From Lytechinus pictus (taxonomy: Eukaryota): a stretch of DNA of 64,000 bases. The stretch is taken from NCBI RefSeq assembly GCF_037042905.1, contig NC_087245.1, positions 372,001 through 436,000 of the forward strand, written 5' to 3'. Made by a program: the position numbers and the translations under genes. The stretch's first letter is position 1, and every line of letters starts with the position of its first letter. Of this stretch, positions 1-12,800 are shown one piece after another. The notes beneath the pieces are model-generated. The model had not been told where the DNA came from and did not search any database. It saw only the letters and a list, made by a program, of their open reading frames with translations.

Positions 1-1470
1 AAATATTTAAAAAAGCAAATCTTTCTTGCAACAGTATGTGTTTTTAGATGAGAAATTTGGAATAACAAATTACAATCAATGTACACTTGTATTATTTTGT
101 ATTGAACGACTTTTATAACGCCATGGGAAATGATGGGTTAGTCAGAGAATTACGAGAAATTCTGTAACATGTGATCATAACCGACCTGTATGATTAGATT
201 AACCTATGATAGTCAGTCTATGTATTTCCAAATTCCATCCACTATGCTTTTATATAAGTTTCAATGACGAAAGTCTGAGTTTCGCCAATACAGCGCCCCC
301 CCCCCCCCTTGATTATTAAATTGAAAATTATTAATCAATTGAATGTGTAGTATGAGGAAGCTCATCTCATGTCCTAACTTCTTTGAAAATGTCATTGGTT
401 TCGCTGAAGTGGTTTTGAATACACAGTCTATTATGTATAACGGTTGTGCTTTCCAACCCATTCCAAGTTTCCATACATGCAGCACTGTTACTATTGCTGT
501 TCGTTCTGCACTGCCTAGCATATCAACCTTTGATGATTCAGAATCTGATCGGGGAATTCCCTTTAGCTGACAGGAAATCTGTATGATCTAACTAGGCTCA
601 TCAAATCACAACCTTGCATGTTCAGAAGAGCAACAACAGTACCTGACAATTCTTCTCAAGTTTGATGAGAGATGCACAATGATGGAAACAACAGGCCATG
701 TCTGTTTCATGCCTAATCCCAACAATATTGCATTGATGTTTTCATGTCTTTTTTATTACGAGTTTATTATGAGCTCAAGTTAGTTCACTGTCCTTTTTTA
801 GTGAAAAAAAAATCAATTTTCACAAGTAATGTTCGCTTTCGCAAAGTGTGATACACTTGTGGTTTGCCCTTCATTGTTCAGCTTATTTACTTATCCATCA
901 TTCATATTTTCTTGCATGTTGGTGCACTGATCCCCTATCAATCATTACAAAAACTTCATTTTTAATGAGTCTTACCCTTCTGCACTTGCTCAATTTTATG
1001 ATTTGATGAGCCTGGATAGATGAGAGAAATGTCCCTGCTCAGATCCTGGATGGTAGGTGGGTGTTAACATGCTAAAGACAATGTAGAAATACTACCACAT
1101 CTTGGAATTAATTCATCCCTTGTTTAGAGGGATTTTTTGGGGGGACGCGCTGTACCCCCAAGTGTTATTGAGATGGCGTCATCACAATCTTTGACATAAT
1201 TAACAAGCTTACGTGAATGACCACCGCTAAAGAGGGGGTAACGTCTATATTTACCTTGCTCTTCAAGACATTGTCTTCGGTTCAGAAGGTACAGCAATTT
1301 AATGCAAGAAAAAAATCATGTACTTTAGTGTCAATTATATACTCAAACCTCGATGATTGTTTTATTATAATCACAGAATCATCTCCCCTTTCTAACGAGC
1401 TCCTTACTGATATACCTTTTGCAGCCATTTGCACCCGCAGTAAAAGATTAACTGATATCCCGAAGAACAT

Positions 1471-1732
1471 GACCGTAAGCAGCCGGGGGCAGGGGCAGCT
1501 GCCCCCCCCCCCCCTTCACCGGAATTTTTGAAAATTTAATTTTTGCAGAAAATTTACACAAAATATACCAAAAGTATGCAAGAAATTCTTCAATTTCACT
1601 TTACCTAATTCAAAGACACCCAAATTACGAGTTTGCTCGCTTCGCTCCCTCGCTTTTGAGTTTTTCATAAAAGATTACGCACCCTGCCCCCCCCCCCCCC
1701 CAGCACTAAAAAAAAGTGAGCGTACGGCCTTG
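1471..1732. mobile_element. Short MITE-like element with poly-C tracts
   Basis: accgtaagc...gcgtacggcc imperfect inverted ends; GC islands in AT-rich DNA. Confidence 0.45.
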
Positions 1733-2506
1733 CTAAAAAAAATGCTAAAACATATATAGCGGTAAACCCTTACTTGTGTCTCATGTAAAGTATCCCTCTA
1801 TAAGTGACGGACAGAATGTTCGCTTTTCTTTTCTCTCTCTTTCTGTTCCTGTCTTTTGAAATGTCTCATTGAGATGAATAAAATATTTAAATCATAACCC
1901 CTTTTAATTAGATATTAAAGTACCTTCAGATTTTCAAAATTGTCCATACATTTAAGATGATTGGCATTTTTCTCTTTGTCCTCTCCCTCTTACCTACTAT
2001 CTGTTAGGCCTACATGTCAGCGATGATGACAACATCATACATAATACATCTCATCTACCATATCCCTTATCTTGCATTGTCCCAATGTTTTTGTGTATCG
2101 TCAACTAATTTTCGGAAACAATCTTCTTCATTTCATCAGGGTCAGAGGGCTATCAATGTCATGCCCTTGGATCGCCTATTGACGTCCCTCTCAATTTGCC
2201 TTTGATATTTTGGTGCCCTTTTTCTCAATTTTTTGGACTGTAATATCGGAATATACCCTATAGCAAGTTCCCTTGCCTAAAAATATCGATATATAAGGGC
2301 TGCTATAGTATAATTTCAATGTGTGTAGATATTTATCTTAACGTGGAATATTTATAATGCAAAAAACATTTCCTTAACCAGAAGAAAGTAATAGAGTACA
2401 TGAAATACTAATAAATAGGAGTGCAGGGATTTTTACCGACACCAGCATGCACATTTCTTACAAACTCCTGTTTTCACTCTCTTTTTTCACTCTCTTTTTA
2501 TTTTTA

Positions 2507-3843
2507 CGTTCAGACGTAGGTTTTTTTTTGTTGGTATATGGTCGGAGGAAGTGCAGTCGGAGTAAGGTCGGAGGAAGGTTGAAATGTGCCCGTCTGGACA
2601 GAGTTACTCCGACCTTCCTCATACCAACTCGGAGGAAGGTTTAATTATGCCTGTCTGGACAGAGTTACTCCTACCTTCCTCATACCAACTCGGATGAAGG
2701 TTGAATTATGCCTGTCTGGACAGAGTTACTCCGACCAACTCGTTCGGACATGAGTTCCTCCTGGTTGAAGTAATATTCTATTCAGCATGGATTGGAATTT
2801 CAGAGATATTTGCCTTATCACGAGCCAAGCGATCACAAGAGACGACCTCATAGGGGCCATCGCCCGAGGAGGGGGGGGGGGGTTAGAGTAACTTCCGGAA
2901 GTTGTTTCAGGCCATAGAGATGTATGCGTTATTAGTATATATCTCTATGTTTCAGGCCTTCTTGGTCTCCTGTTCTTTCCAATTCGCCCCGCGTTTCTTT
3001 CTGTCACCAATTTTCTTCTCCATTAGGCTCTTAGACACCGTTCTCTCAACCTTCCTAAAACTAGTTTACTGGAAGCTAGTTTAGTGGAAACTAGTTTAAC
3101 GTGTAGTGAGAACGGTCGAAGCGATCTTCCAAACCGGTTCAGAAAACCACCTCGCGATATAATTTTCAAGATCGCTTTGCCTCGTTAAACTGGTTTTAGC
3201 GTAAGTTGAGGACACAACTGTTCTTCGTTCTTTTTTTTTTTTTTGATTGTCAAATTTATTTTGGTCGAAATGACCTGACATTTGGGGTGATAACCTTTCT
3301 TTTTTTTCAAGCCCCTGGTCCCCCTACCTTTGGGAAGAGATTTCCGCCTTTGCACTGAGAGCGTTTCCATAGCAACAAGATCGCTTTACGTGAAGTGATT
3401 TTGGAAACCACTTTAGTGTGATCAAGTGGAAACGCTCGCAAAGCGATCTTCCAAACTGGTTTCCTGAATCGATTTCCTGTATACCAGTTTTAGAAAGCGA
3501 TATGAGAACGGAGATTGCATATACTAAACAAAATGTCAACACGGCAATCTGACCCCGGAAGTTTTGGCGAGGTCGTAAAGGTCATAGATACTCCGAGTTC
3601 TGTCCGCACGGACAATTTACTCCGACCGGATAGTCGTGTTGGCGAAATACTCCTGGAAGAACCAGGGGTATGTTGGTCGGAGGAAGGTCGGAGTAACTCC
3701 GACCTTTTTACCGATCTTACTCTGACTTGGCTTCCTCCGACCCTACTCCGACTACTGCAGGCTATGTCTGATAAGTATCTTTGGCATTTAATCCATGCAT
3801 AATAACATTCTACTCCGACTAAGAACCCACGTCTGAATGAGGC
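2507..3843. mobile_element. Harbinger-like MITE with internal ~61-bp tandem repeats and a nested MITE (~3024-3515)
   Basis: Inverted ends ttcagacgt(a/g)gg / cccacgtctgaa; three copies of gtctggacagagttactcc at ~2590-2735; inner inverted ends ccgttctc..aaaactagt / accagtttt..gagaacgg. Confidence 0.65.
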
Positions 3844-4342
3844 TTTTACTGGTTCTTTTTATTCTCAAGTGGCTCCATCGTTTTCACAATTGCCCTATTT
3901 ATCCGTGTTAAATTATAATTTCCTTTCAGATGTCTTTATGGACAAGCAGGTGCTTCATCTTATACGACCTTGGTTTCTTCATGTTTTCCACGTTATGAAT
4001 TCACAAATGAATCGACGGCATTGAGAGCAAAGTCAAATCGTGTAAACATCGTTAAAACAAATTAATCGGTTGCACTATAGATCGATATCGATATAGGATG
4101 AGGATTTATTGTTGTTTATGGCCACCTGATACGGTGTACATATGTGGGTGTTTGTGTCTGTGTGTTTAATGTGTAGGACACAGTGGGTGTGTTAATCTGG
4201 TGGTCTGACTGAACACTTCTTTTCTTTCCTCTTCTTGAATGCAATGACATCGTTGCAATTTATTGTGTTTTATATAGATCGTCTGTTATGTAGTCTTCTT
4301 TTTTGATATATTTGAAGTGAAATACGATTCAAATGCAAACGT

Positions 4343-4506
4343 CCCGGGGGGCGTTTCATGAAAGGACTTGTCGGACGTTTTATCCGACAAGTCCCATTTT
4401 ATCCGACAGTTACCATAGTAACAGTACCTCTCAGCCAATCAACATCAGAGAAAGATGTCAGATCTGACAACTTGTTGGATGAAAATGTTGATGAAACACT
4501 CCCCCG
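4343..4506. mobile_element. Short MITE
   Basis: Terminal inverted repeat (TIR) ggggggcgtttcat / atgaaacactcccc; internal palindrome gacttgtcgga..tccgacaagtc. Confidence 0.65.
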
Positions 4507-6160
4507 TTTTAATACTCGTGATACCAACTTATAAGCCACAAGTTGGTTACACAAAAAAGAAAAATAATAAAATAATAATATAATAACCTTACTATCCCTA
4601 CCCACTTATCATCCCCCTTCCCCCAAAAAGGAATGTGGCAAAGTGATGACTTAATATCAGTGTTATCTAAACAGAGTTAGATGATTTTTAATGGGTTATA
4701 ATAAAAACGGAATTATAAAAAACTTATTAGCCACAGTGTCCAACTCAAAAAAAAATACTGTATAATTATGCTGAATTAACATTGAAATAAGTCATGTAAA
4801 ATGTGATAAAGATTTTAACATCCTATTGGTTAAAATTGACGGATCTTACCGGAGAAATATGAATATCATAGAATACTAGCAGAATATAAATTAGAATAGA
4901 ATAATTATAACTGTAGAATAATAAAATCCTGATATTAATCTTCAATAAAATGAAAGCTGTTTTCGGTTTTCCATGCTTAAATTCTTTACTTTATCTTTTT
5001 TTTCTGAATGGAATATGTTGAAAGCATTTTCTGCCCATGTATTAAATTATCATATCAGGAATGTTTAAGCAAAATAATTTGAGAATAATGTTAATAGTGA
5101 TATCAATAATAGTAATAATGATAAGTACATTTATATAGCGTTTTAATACTCTGTTTCGAAGCGCTTTACATTGTAATTATTACACCTTCTCATACCATAG
5201 ATACTTTATGTGCTAAATTAACACTGAAATAAGCCATGTGAAATATGAAGAAGATTTTAACATCCTTTTGGTGTAAATTTACGGATCCGACCGAAGAATT
5301 GAAAAAGGATTAGTATCCTGATATCGTATTAACAGTTTATCCTCAAGAACACTTATATGATAAAGTTAATTAGAAGCAAGTAGGTATAATTCGAAGAACT
5401 TTGTACTCTAAGATCATTGTTATAATTACTTTCTTGATTCTTATTCTTGATCAAGAGACTGCAGAAAGATATGATCACGAATTTGTAATGAGCTACATTT
5501 GTAATGGTTGATAGTATGATTTGTCAAGTAGTATAGTTATTAGTAGATTGCAGTGAATACAAAAGTCTTATTTTTTGTTGTTTGAGCTGAAATGGCGTTT
5601 CCAACAGAAAGATGATTTCGCCTGAGATGATTTTTCTGTATAAATTATTACTAAAACTCGATTTCGAAATTTCTTTTTTCTTTATAATTATGTAGTGAGT
5701 AATTTACCTTGGTTTATATAAAATAATATTAGAATTTATTGTAATTACATTCGAATTTTAGCATAAATTTGCCCGTTTTCTTCAACAATTTATCAATGCG
5801 TTTATTATCCGATCCGACAACTTGGTCTTATTTCCAGCTAGTTGCTTCTCCCCCTTAATTAATATCCACAATAGGGTCAAAGATAATTTCAACATGTTGT
5901 GTCTTAACTCTTAATGTTATGGAGCAATCTTATCTCTGTTAGAAAATCCTAAACTAAAAAAACTTATATTATTGCATTTATCAGTTTATAGGAGTCATTG
6001 GCGGCGATCCCATGAGGAGACGTCTCCCCTCCCCCATGGCCCATCTCACAAATCACCACTTGTGGTAGTAGTAGGAGTAGAAGCAGCAGCAGCAGTAGTA
6101 TGTTGTTGTTGCTTTAGTTTACACGGCGCATATCATTCAGCAGTGATATTTGCACCAGTG

Positions 6161-6558
6161 CACTCTAAATTCAAAAGAGCTACACTCTAAATTCAAAAGA
6201 GTTACACTCTAAATTCCCAGGATTTAAAATAGATCAGAATGGCTGTGAATAGTGACCAGCCGAATATTAGATTTAGATTTAAACTTTTTTTATTCAAAAT
6301 AAATCTAGAAGATTTGAATTGTAATCTGGCCCCTAATCACACTCCTGTCAGAGGGAGACGAGGAACCGGTCATTTTGGATTGGGCTTTGAGACTATAGCT
6401 CCTTCCGGTGTGAACAGAGTATATATTTAGACATTTTCATTAGGAGCTATAACGCACTCTCAAAAAGATGTAAATCCCACTCCATAACGACTGGTCTTAC
6501 GTCTCACTCTAAGAGGAATGTGATTAGGGATCAGGTTAGCTCTTTTGCATTTAGAGTG
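6161..6558. mobile_element. CAC-terminated (CMC/EnSpm-like) MITE
   Basis: TIR cactctaaattcaaaagagc / gctcttttgcatttagagtg with subterminal repeats of the same motif. Confidence 0.65.
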
Positions 6559-6720
6559 TAGTACTAACATAATATTCTTGAACAAATAGCTTTTAATTGG
6601 ATTTTTAAAACTAATTCAAGTCATTTTGTGGTTACTCATCTAATAAAAAAGTACATCCCATATAATTATGTGGAGGCATGTTCATGATTTTCTTCCTGTT
6701 TTCTTTCTACTCTGCTGCAG

Positions 6721-6832
6721 TATTCTATTTGCTGATATTGTTGGTTTCACTGCTATGTCGTCCAAGATGACTGCTCAAGAGTTAGTCAAGACGCTTAATG
6801 CTCTTTTTGCCAACTTTGATAAACTTGCCGAG
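6721..6832 (+). CDS. ADCY3: Adenylate cyclase exon (C1a: [37 protein letters not shown])
   Basis: ctgcag acceptor, gtgagt donor; first catalytic Asp motif. Confidence 0.95.
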
Positions 6833-9800
6833 GTGAGTAAATTAATTATGTTATGGTAAATAAAACATGATATGCAGTCTAAGTTGAATCAAGTGTGAAT
6901 TGGAGTAAAATGATTTCCACCAGTGTTGTGTGAACATTATGTTTACCGAATTGTTTTTTCCCCTTGTTTTATAGCACTATATTCATGGACTTATGTATAT
7001 TTTTTTATATCTGCCAAATCTATATATTAATGAAATTTTGTCCCAATAGGCTAGTTTATCGAATTCAACATGTAGTAAAACCATCAATCGAAATAAATAG
7101 CAATGCTTCTCAAAGACTAAACAAGAATTTTAAAAGAAAAGTTCACACTATATATTTATGCCTGTCAAATGGAAATTGACTATAGATAACCAGATCATTC
7201 AGCGTTATTTTAGATAACCAACATAATAACTGTTGATGAAAGATAAACCCTTTGATTTGCCCTTCTTAGAAGAACAACCAGCTGCGTATCAAAATTCTTG
7301 GTGATTGCTACTATTGTATCTGTGGAGTACCTGAACAGAGAGTAGATCATGCTGTATGCAGTGTCCAGATGGGTCTAGACATGGTGGTTGCTATCGCGTA
7401 AGTCATATAAATTATTTTCTTTACTGGGGTGTGTACTTTGGTAGTGATGGTGGTTGCAGAAAATTTGAAAACTAGTATTCTTGAGGAAATAACCCAAGAA
7501 AATATGACCATGGGAATTAGATAACTAACCCAAAACACTAATGCACTTTTTTCTAATTTGATAAATGATTAATTACTGGTTTCTATCTAATTTGTATTCT
7601 TTCTTGTTTTTATATGAAAACCAAGTTTTTTTTTTGTTTCTCTTTATATTACAATGAAGATTGTTACGATACTGCAACAAATAACAATGAAAATTTAGTT
7701 TAAATTTGATTTCCTTTCTTTGATTACAGGAAATATATCAATCAACAAAACAAAAAACAAAACATCTTACATGTCTTGAAGAGTTAGATGTGCAATCCAA
7801 GGTTATGATAGTCCAAATAAAATCCAAGTCAGTTGGCGAAGATTCCTTTAATCAAAGTTCACAATGATGGCGATGATGAAATTGATGTTGAAGCACGATG
7901 AATAACAAGAGTCACTGTAACGAGTTGAAATGTCCGTGAAGATGATGTTGATGATGATTAACAGTCAATTTCAGCAATCTATGGGTTGAAAAGCATTCAT
8001 TAAAACAGGTTGATGATCTCGATGAGAACTGAGAATTTCTCTCTCAAAATAACTGCAAACAGTTCATTGATGGCGTGCAAATAATTCCACAGAAGATAAA
8101 TGTTGTATTCCAGGTGGAAATAAATTATGCTCTTGACATAAAGTCTGGTGTGAAACTCTTGAGTTCTGATATGTGATGATCTCCTTGAAGAAACTGCCAG
8201 CTTATACAAATTTCCACTGTTCTGGAAGCTCTAGTATTGTCTTTAAAAAGAACATTCTGCCAATTTCTGGAGCAGTCTAATTTTAGAACATTCTTGAATG
8301 ACCTCAGTGAAATTAACAACATAGCTAATCCTATTGTTCATTTCCACTACCACTAGGAATCTCTATTGTATGCAGTCTAAGAATATTCCAGAATGTCTCA
8401 GTAAAGCTTTGTTAGGCATGCTATTTAATGAGATTTGTTATTTCTGAATAACAATCATTATATGCTATGAATATCCTTAAAAAGAAAATAACCAAATAAA
8501 TGAATGTAATTGCTCTTTCAATTCTTATATATAACAAGATTAATTCATTTGGAAGTTTCATTGTAATTACATGTTTACATATATTTTTTTATTTCATGTT
8601 ATTATATGTAAGCACCAGCCAATGTGGAGAACCTCTTGAAAGAATTTTTAAAGTCTTTTAGGTGATCTTCAGGCATTTGCTGGTGCTCAATTTTATAATG
8701 TTTATATTGAATGTGTCATGTTTGTTATTATCTTGCCTGGAAATAAAATAAATAAATACATTATCATTTTGTACTTCTTGTTATGAACAAAATATTGGCA
8801 ATTGCCAGTGAAGTTCTAATAAATTCAATTTAATTCAATTCATTATATCTCTGAGAGCACTCATCAAAAATATATGAGTGCCTTGAGTGGGCAAACAAAA
8901 TTCGAAGTTACAACCCACATAACTTTCTAGGTGATCATAAGTAAATTTATATGGATTGAAAATGATGTATAATTATATTTTGATATTTTTTTTATGGAAT
9001 TGGACAGGGCTGTTCGAAAGAGTACCCAATCAGGTGTTGACATGCGAGTAGGTATCCATACTGGAGCTGTGCTAGCTGGGGTAATGGGACAGAAACGATG
9101 GCAGTTTGATGTGTGGAGTACAGATGTTGTTTTAGCTAACAACATGGAATCTGGTGGAGTACCAGGGTGAGTAACTGTGAGAGAGATTGCATTATGGATT
9201 CATCCAGAGGGGAGGTAGCAAAGATTTCTCTTAGAAGATGGGTGTGTTATATGAGGGTGAATTTATGTAAGAGTTAAATAATGAGGGAGTAAGGATGCAT
9301 TGGGTGTGTGTTATTTTTAACATCTGGGTGTGTGCATACTGCCGGGTGTGTATGTGTGTTAATATATAAGGTGTAGATAGAATAAATGAGGGTGTGTATG
9401 AAGAGGCATCTGTAAGGTGGATGTGTTAGGAATGTTTGCACTCACGTTGGTATGGTTTTTTTTTTGGGGGGGGGGACAACAAGAGTTTGAAGGGCTGAAT
9501 TGTAATATTTGGGGGAGTTGTCATTAAACAGAAAGTAATGTGACAAAACTTTTTTTGTTGTGTTGAAATCTTCTTGCATTAAAAATAACGTTTTTAATTT
9601 AAAGATGACATTGTGTATTAGACTGAATTTCACAACAACTAGTGCTTAGAAACAACTGATTATATCAAATATAGTGTTCCCCTTTTCCTTCATTTTTGTA
9701 TCATGAAAATATTTTTTTCATTATTGCCATCATTATGAGTCTCCATGATGACATGTTGCTTGAAGCTGAATTTTGATAAATACTGCAAAATGTTAAAGTT

Positions 9801-12800
9801 GGTACACTCTTCACTGTGTGATAATATGCTAAACATTGTGCTATTCTAAGTTTGTATTTGAGTGAGTGTTTGAATTGTGATTGTGTGCGTGTATGTGCAT
9901 GCACTTATGTAGTTCAATCTCTATTAGGATTATTTGTTTTTAGGGCCATACCAAATAAGCACTTAGCTTTTCTTTTGGTCCTTACCATATTTCATAATAA
10001 TTTTCTGATTATCTAATGATATAATGTTTGTGTATGTTATATATGGTTTTACTCTGTGTATATGATTATGGCAAAATTAGAATCAATCTTGACTCTTCAA
10101 TCTTCAATTTTAATTGTACAATATTTTCTCAATGATTTTCTGTGTTGGCTTGAATGCCTCTAGACAACAGTATCAATTTTTTCTTTTGGAGCCCTAGCCC
10201 GTTGAAAGTCATTTACTCCTCTCTTCTTTTCTTTCGTTTTGCTTTCAATTCTATTATTCAGATTGTGTTTTTATATTTCTATTACATGATTTGTGTATGT
10301 TTATGGCCGAATGAATGTCAATAATTATTGTAATAATAATAATAATAATTGTGATACTAATGATAATAATGATAATAGTGATAATAATAATAATGAAGAT
10401 GATGCTGATGATAGTAATAATAATTATTAGGTTTTTATTGTTTAATTGAATGTACATATTTTGTATTGTTTTTATCATGAGAAATCAAATCAATCAATAA
10501 AAATTTGTTCAAATTCATTTTGTGTTTTATTTCCTAGTCGTGTTCACATATCACAAAGCACATATGATTGCCTAAATGGAGAATTTGATGTAGAACCTGG
10601 TGAAGGGGATACAAGGAGTGATAGCATCAAACAAGCAGGAATCAAAACATATTTGATCAAAATCAATAAGAACCAAAATAAGGTAAGAATTACTTTAATA
10701 TCTCCTTTAACCCACAACTCCTTTTCAAAATCATAGGCTGCCCGACATTGTTAGAAGAAAAAAACATTATCAAATCACCAAATGAGTTAGTACTGAATAT
10801 TATTTCACACATTAATTTGTAGGACCTTATGTCTTTGAATTGATGAAGTGGTAGAGACATTCGCAGTTGTTAACATATAAGGAACTAATCCTTAATTGGT
10901 AAGTGTAAAAATGCAAAGATATATCCAGAAAACAAAAGTGAATTAGCGCTGCCCCTGTGCTACATTATTTCCCTTTTAATGGTAAGTCATTACTGAATTG
11001 AAATCGTGTAATTTGATCTTTTATGTTCTTATTGTTTGCCTCTAACGGATACACCAGGCTAAAGATGAAATAATCTTAAAATACAGTTGATTAAACAATC
11101 AGAACACTTAAATTTCGTCAAATTCAGATGTTAAGAGTAAAACATTCCTTAAAAATGAATATTAAAAAGCTTTATGCAAACATGGTATCCTAATAATTTA
11201 GTTCCGTCCTTGAAAAATAATTTTATACTAAAAGGGAAATGAAATAAAAATTTGGAAATGAAACATACTTGCAAATATCACACCTTACTGCAAACTTAAA
11301 TATGTTTAGTTTGACAAGCGAATTGAATAATTTTCTCCTTCAGCCTATGACTATGGCAGGCCTGGAACTGAATGGTCACATGGAAGATGACATGGATGCA
11401 CCTGCCTTAGAAAGTGTTCCTGAAAACTACGATAAAATCAAGAAAGACGAGGTATGAAATACTACAAAGATATATTGATTGACAACCTTTAAAATGAAAT
11501 GTCACCTTTTGTCAAAGATGAGGTATGAAATACTACAAAGATATATTGATTGACAACCTTTGAAATGAAATGTCACCTTTTGTCAACGATTCTGCAAACA
11601 GGAGTAAACAGTATATACAAATTATGTTTTAAATGCATGTCATTAGTGTATTTTAACATAGCACATTGGTGAGGTATATGTCATCGAATTGTAAGATTAT
11701 GATTATGACAAAAGTACAAATAATCAGAACATATTTCCTAACCAATTGTATAAAGTAAATATTAATTTGTTTCCTCCCTCTTGTTAAGATGGAAAAGGAA
11801 CATCAGTTCAAAGAAAAAGGTAAAACAGTTTCCTTTGAACCAGAAGTAGAAGAGCGAGAGGAACAAAAGGATGAAAATCAAAAATTAGATGAAGCCATTG
11901 CAGAGAGAGAAACTAACACGTAAGTATTTGAATGATTGGTATTTATGTTAACCCCCCCCCCCTCCCCTTCATCACTCTGATCACTGTCTGATCTCAAGTG
12001 TTTGTTTGTTTGTTTTTGTAAAATTTATAAATATGGAAATATATTTTTTCCCAAAATTTTCTTGTTAATAATTATATTCAGATTATACACCTTGAATGTA
12101 ATAAATGATTCATAAAAATATATCAAAGCTATATTGATGTATTTAGATATCTTTTTATATTGTATTAGGATGTTTCTGTTTATCTGTTTATGGTAACTCC
12201 TGTAGGAACTCGGCAGGACAGCATTTTGCTGGTAAACGTCAAGCTGGTATATAACAAATTACCCAGGAAACATTTTTACGTCTAGGTTAATCAGTCATAA
12301 TGGCTGACCTTATAGACGACAGATATTACTCTCGGGCCTTTTGATCAAAGTGGAGACAATGGCAGAGTTGAGATTCGGACTCACAACCTTGTGATTGTGA
12401 GTCCAATACTCTAACCACTGGACCACACGACCCGTATGTTGTGATTGCAGTGATGAGCATACTAAATTTAATAACCAAATTTTTACTAGATCAAAGTCTA
12501 GATGATTCAAGTGTTAATGTGTATATTTGTTTTAAGGAAACTTGGAGAGAAAACATATTTCCTGCTACTGAGGTTCAAGGATAAAGCAATGGAATCCCGT
12601 TTTCAACAAGGAAAAGATCGGATGAGTGCTGCTGGTATATCTAGCGCCCTCATTGTCACATTATTTGTATTCTTAGTTCAACTTCTTATGTTGCCAAGGT
12701 GAGTATCTTGATAAGTATAAATACTCTTTCTATAATCAACATTTTTAAGTAAATGACTTATAATTCGAGGGAAGTTAACTAAAAGCACTTAGCTTTAACA

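Noticed and set aside
261..720. Coding-like stretch and ORFs 261-521 and 343-570 as upstream cyclase exons
   Set aside because: No similarity to the expected TM1-6 or pre-C1a sequence and no clean splice boundaries.
4768..5299. ~90-bp diverged direct repeat (4768-4857 and 5210-5299)
   Set aside because: An old local duplication with no termini, TSD or coding signal, so no function can be argued.
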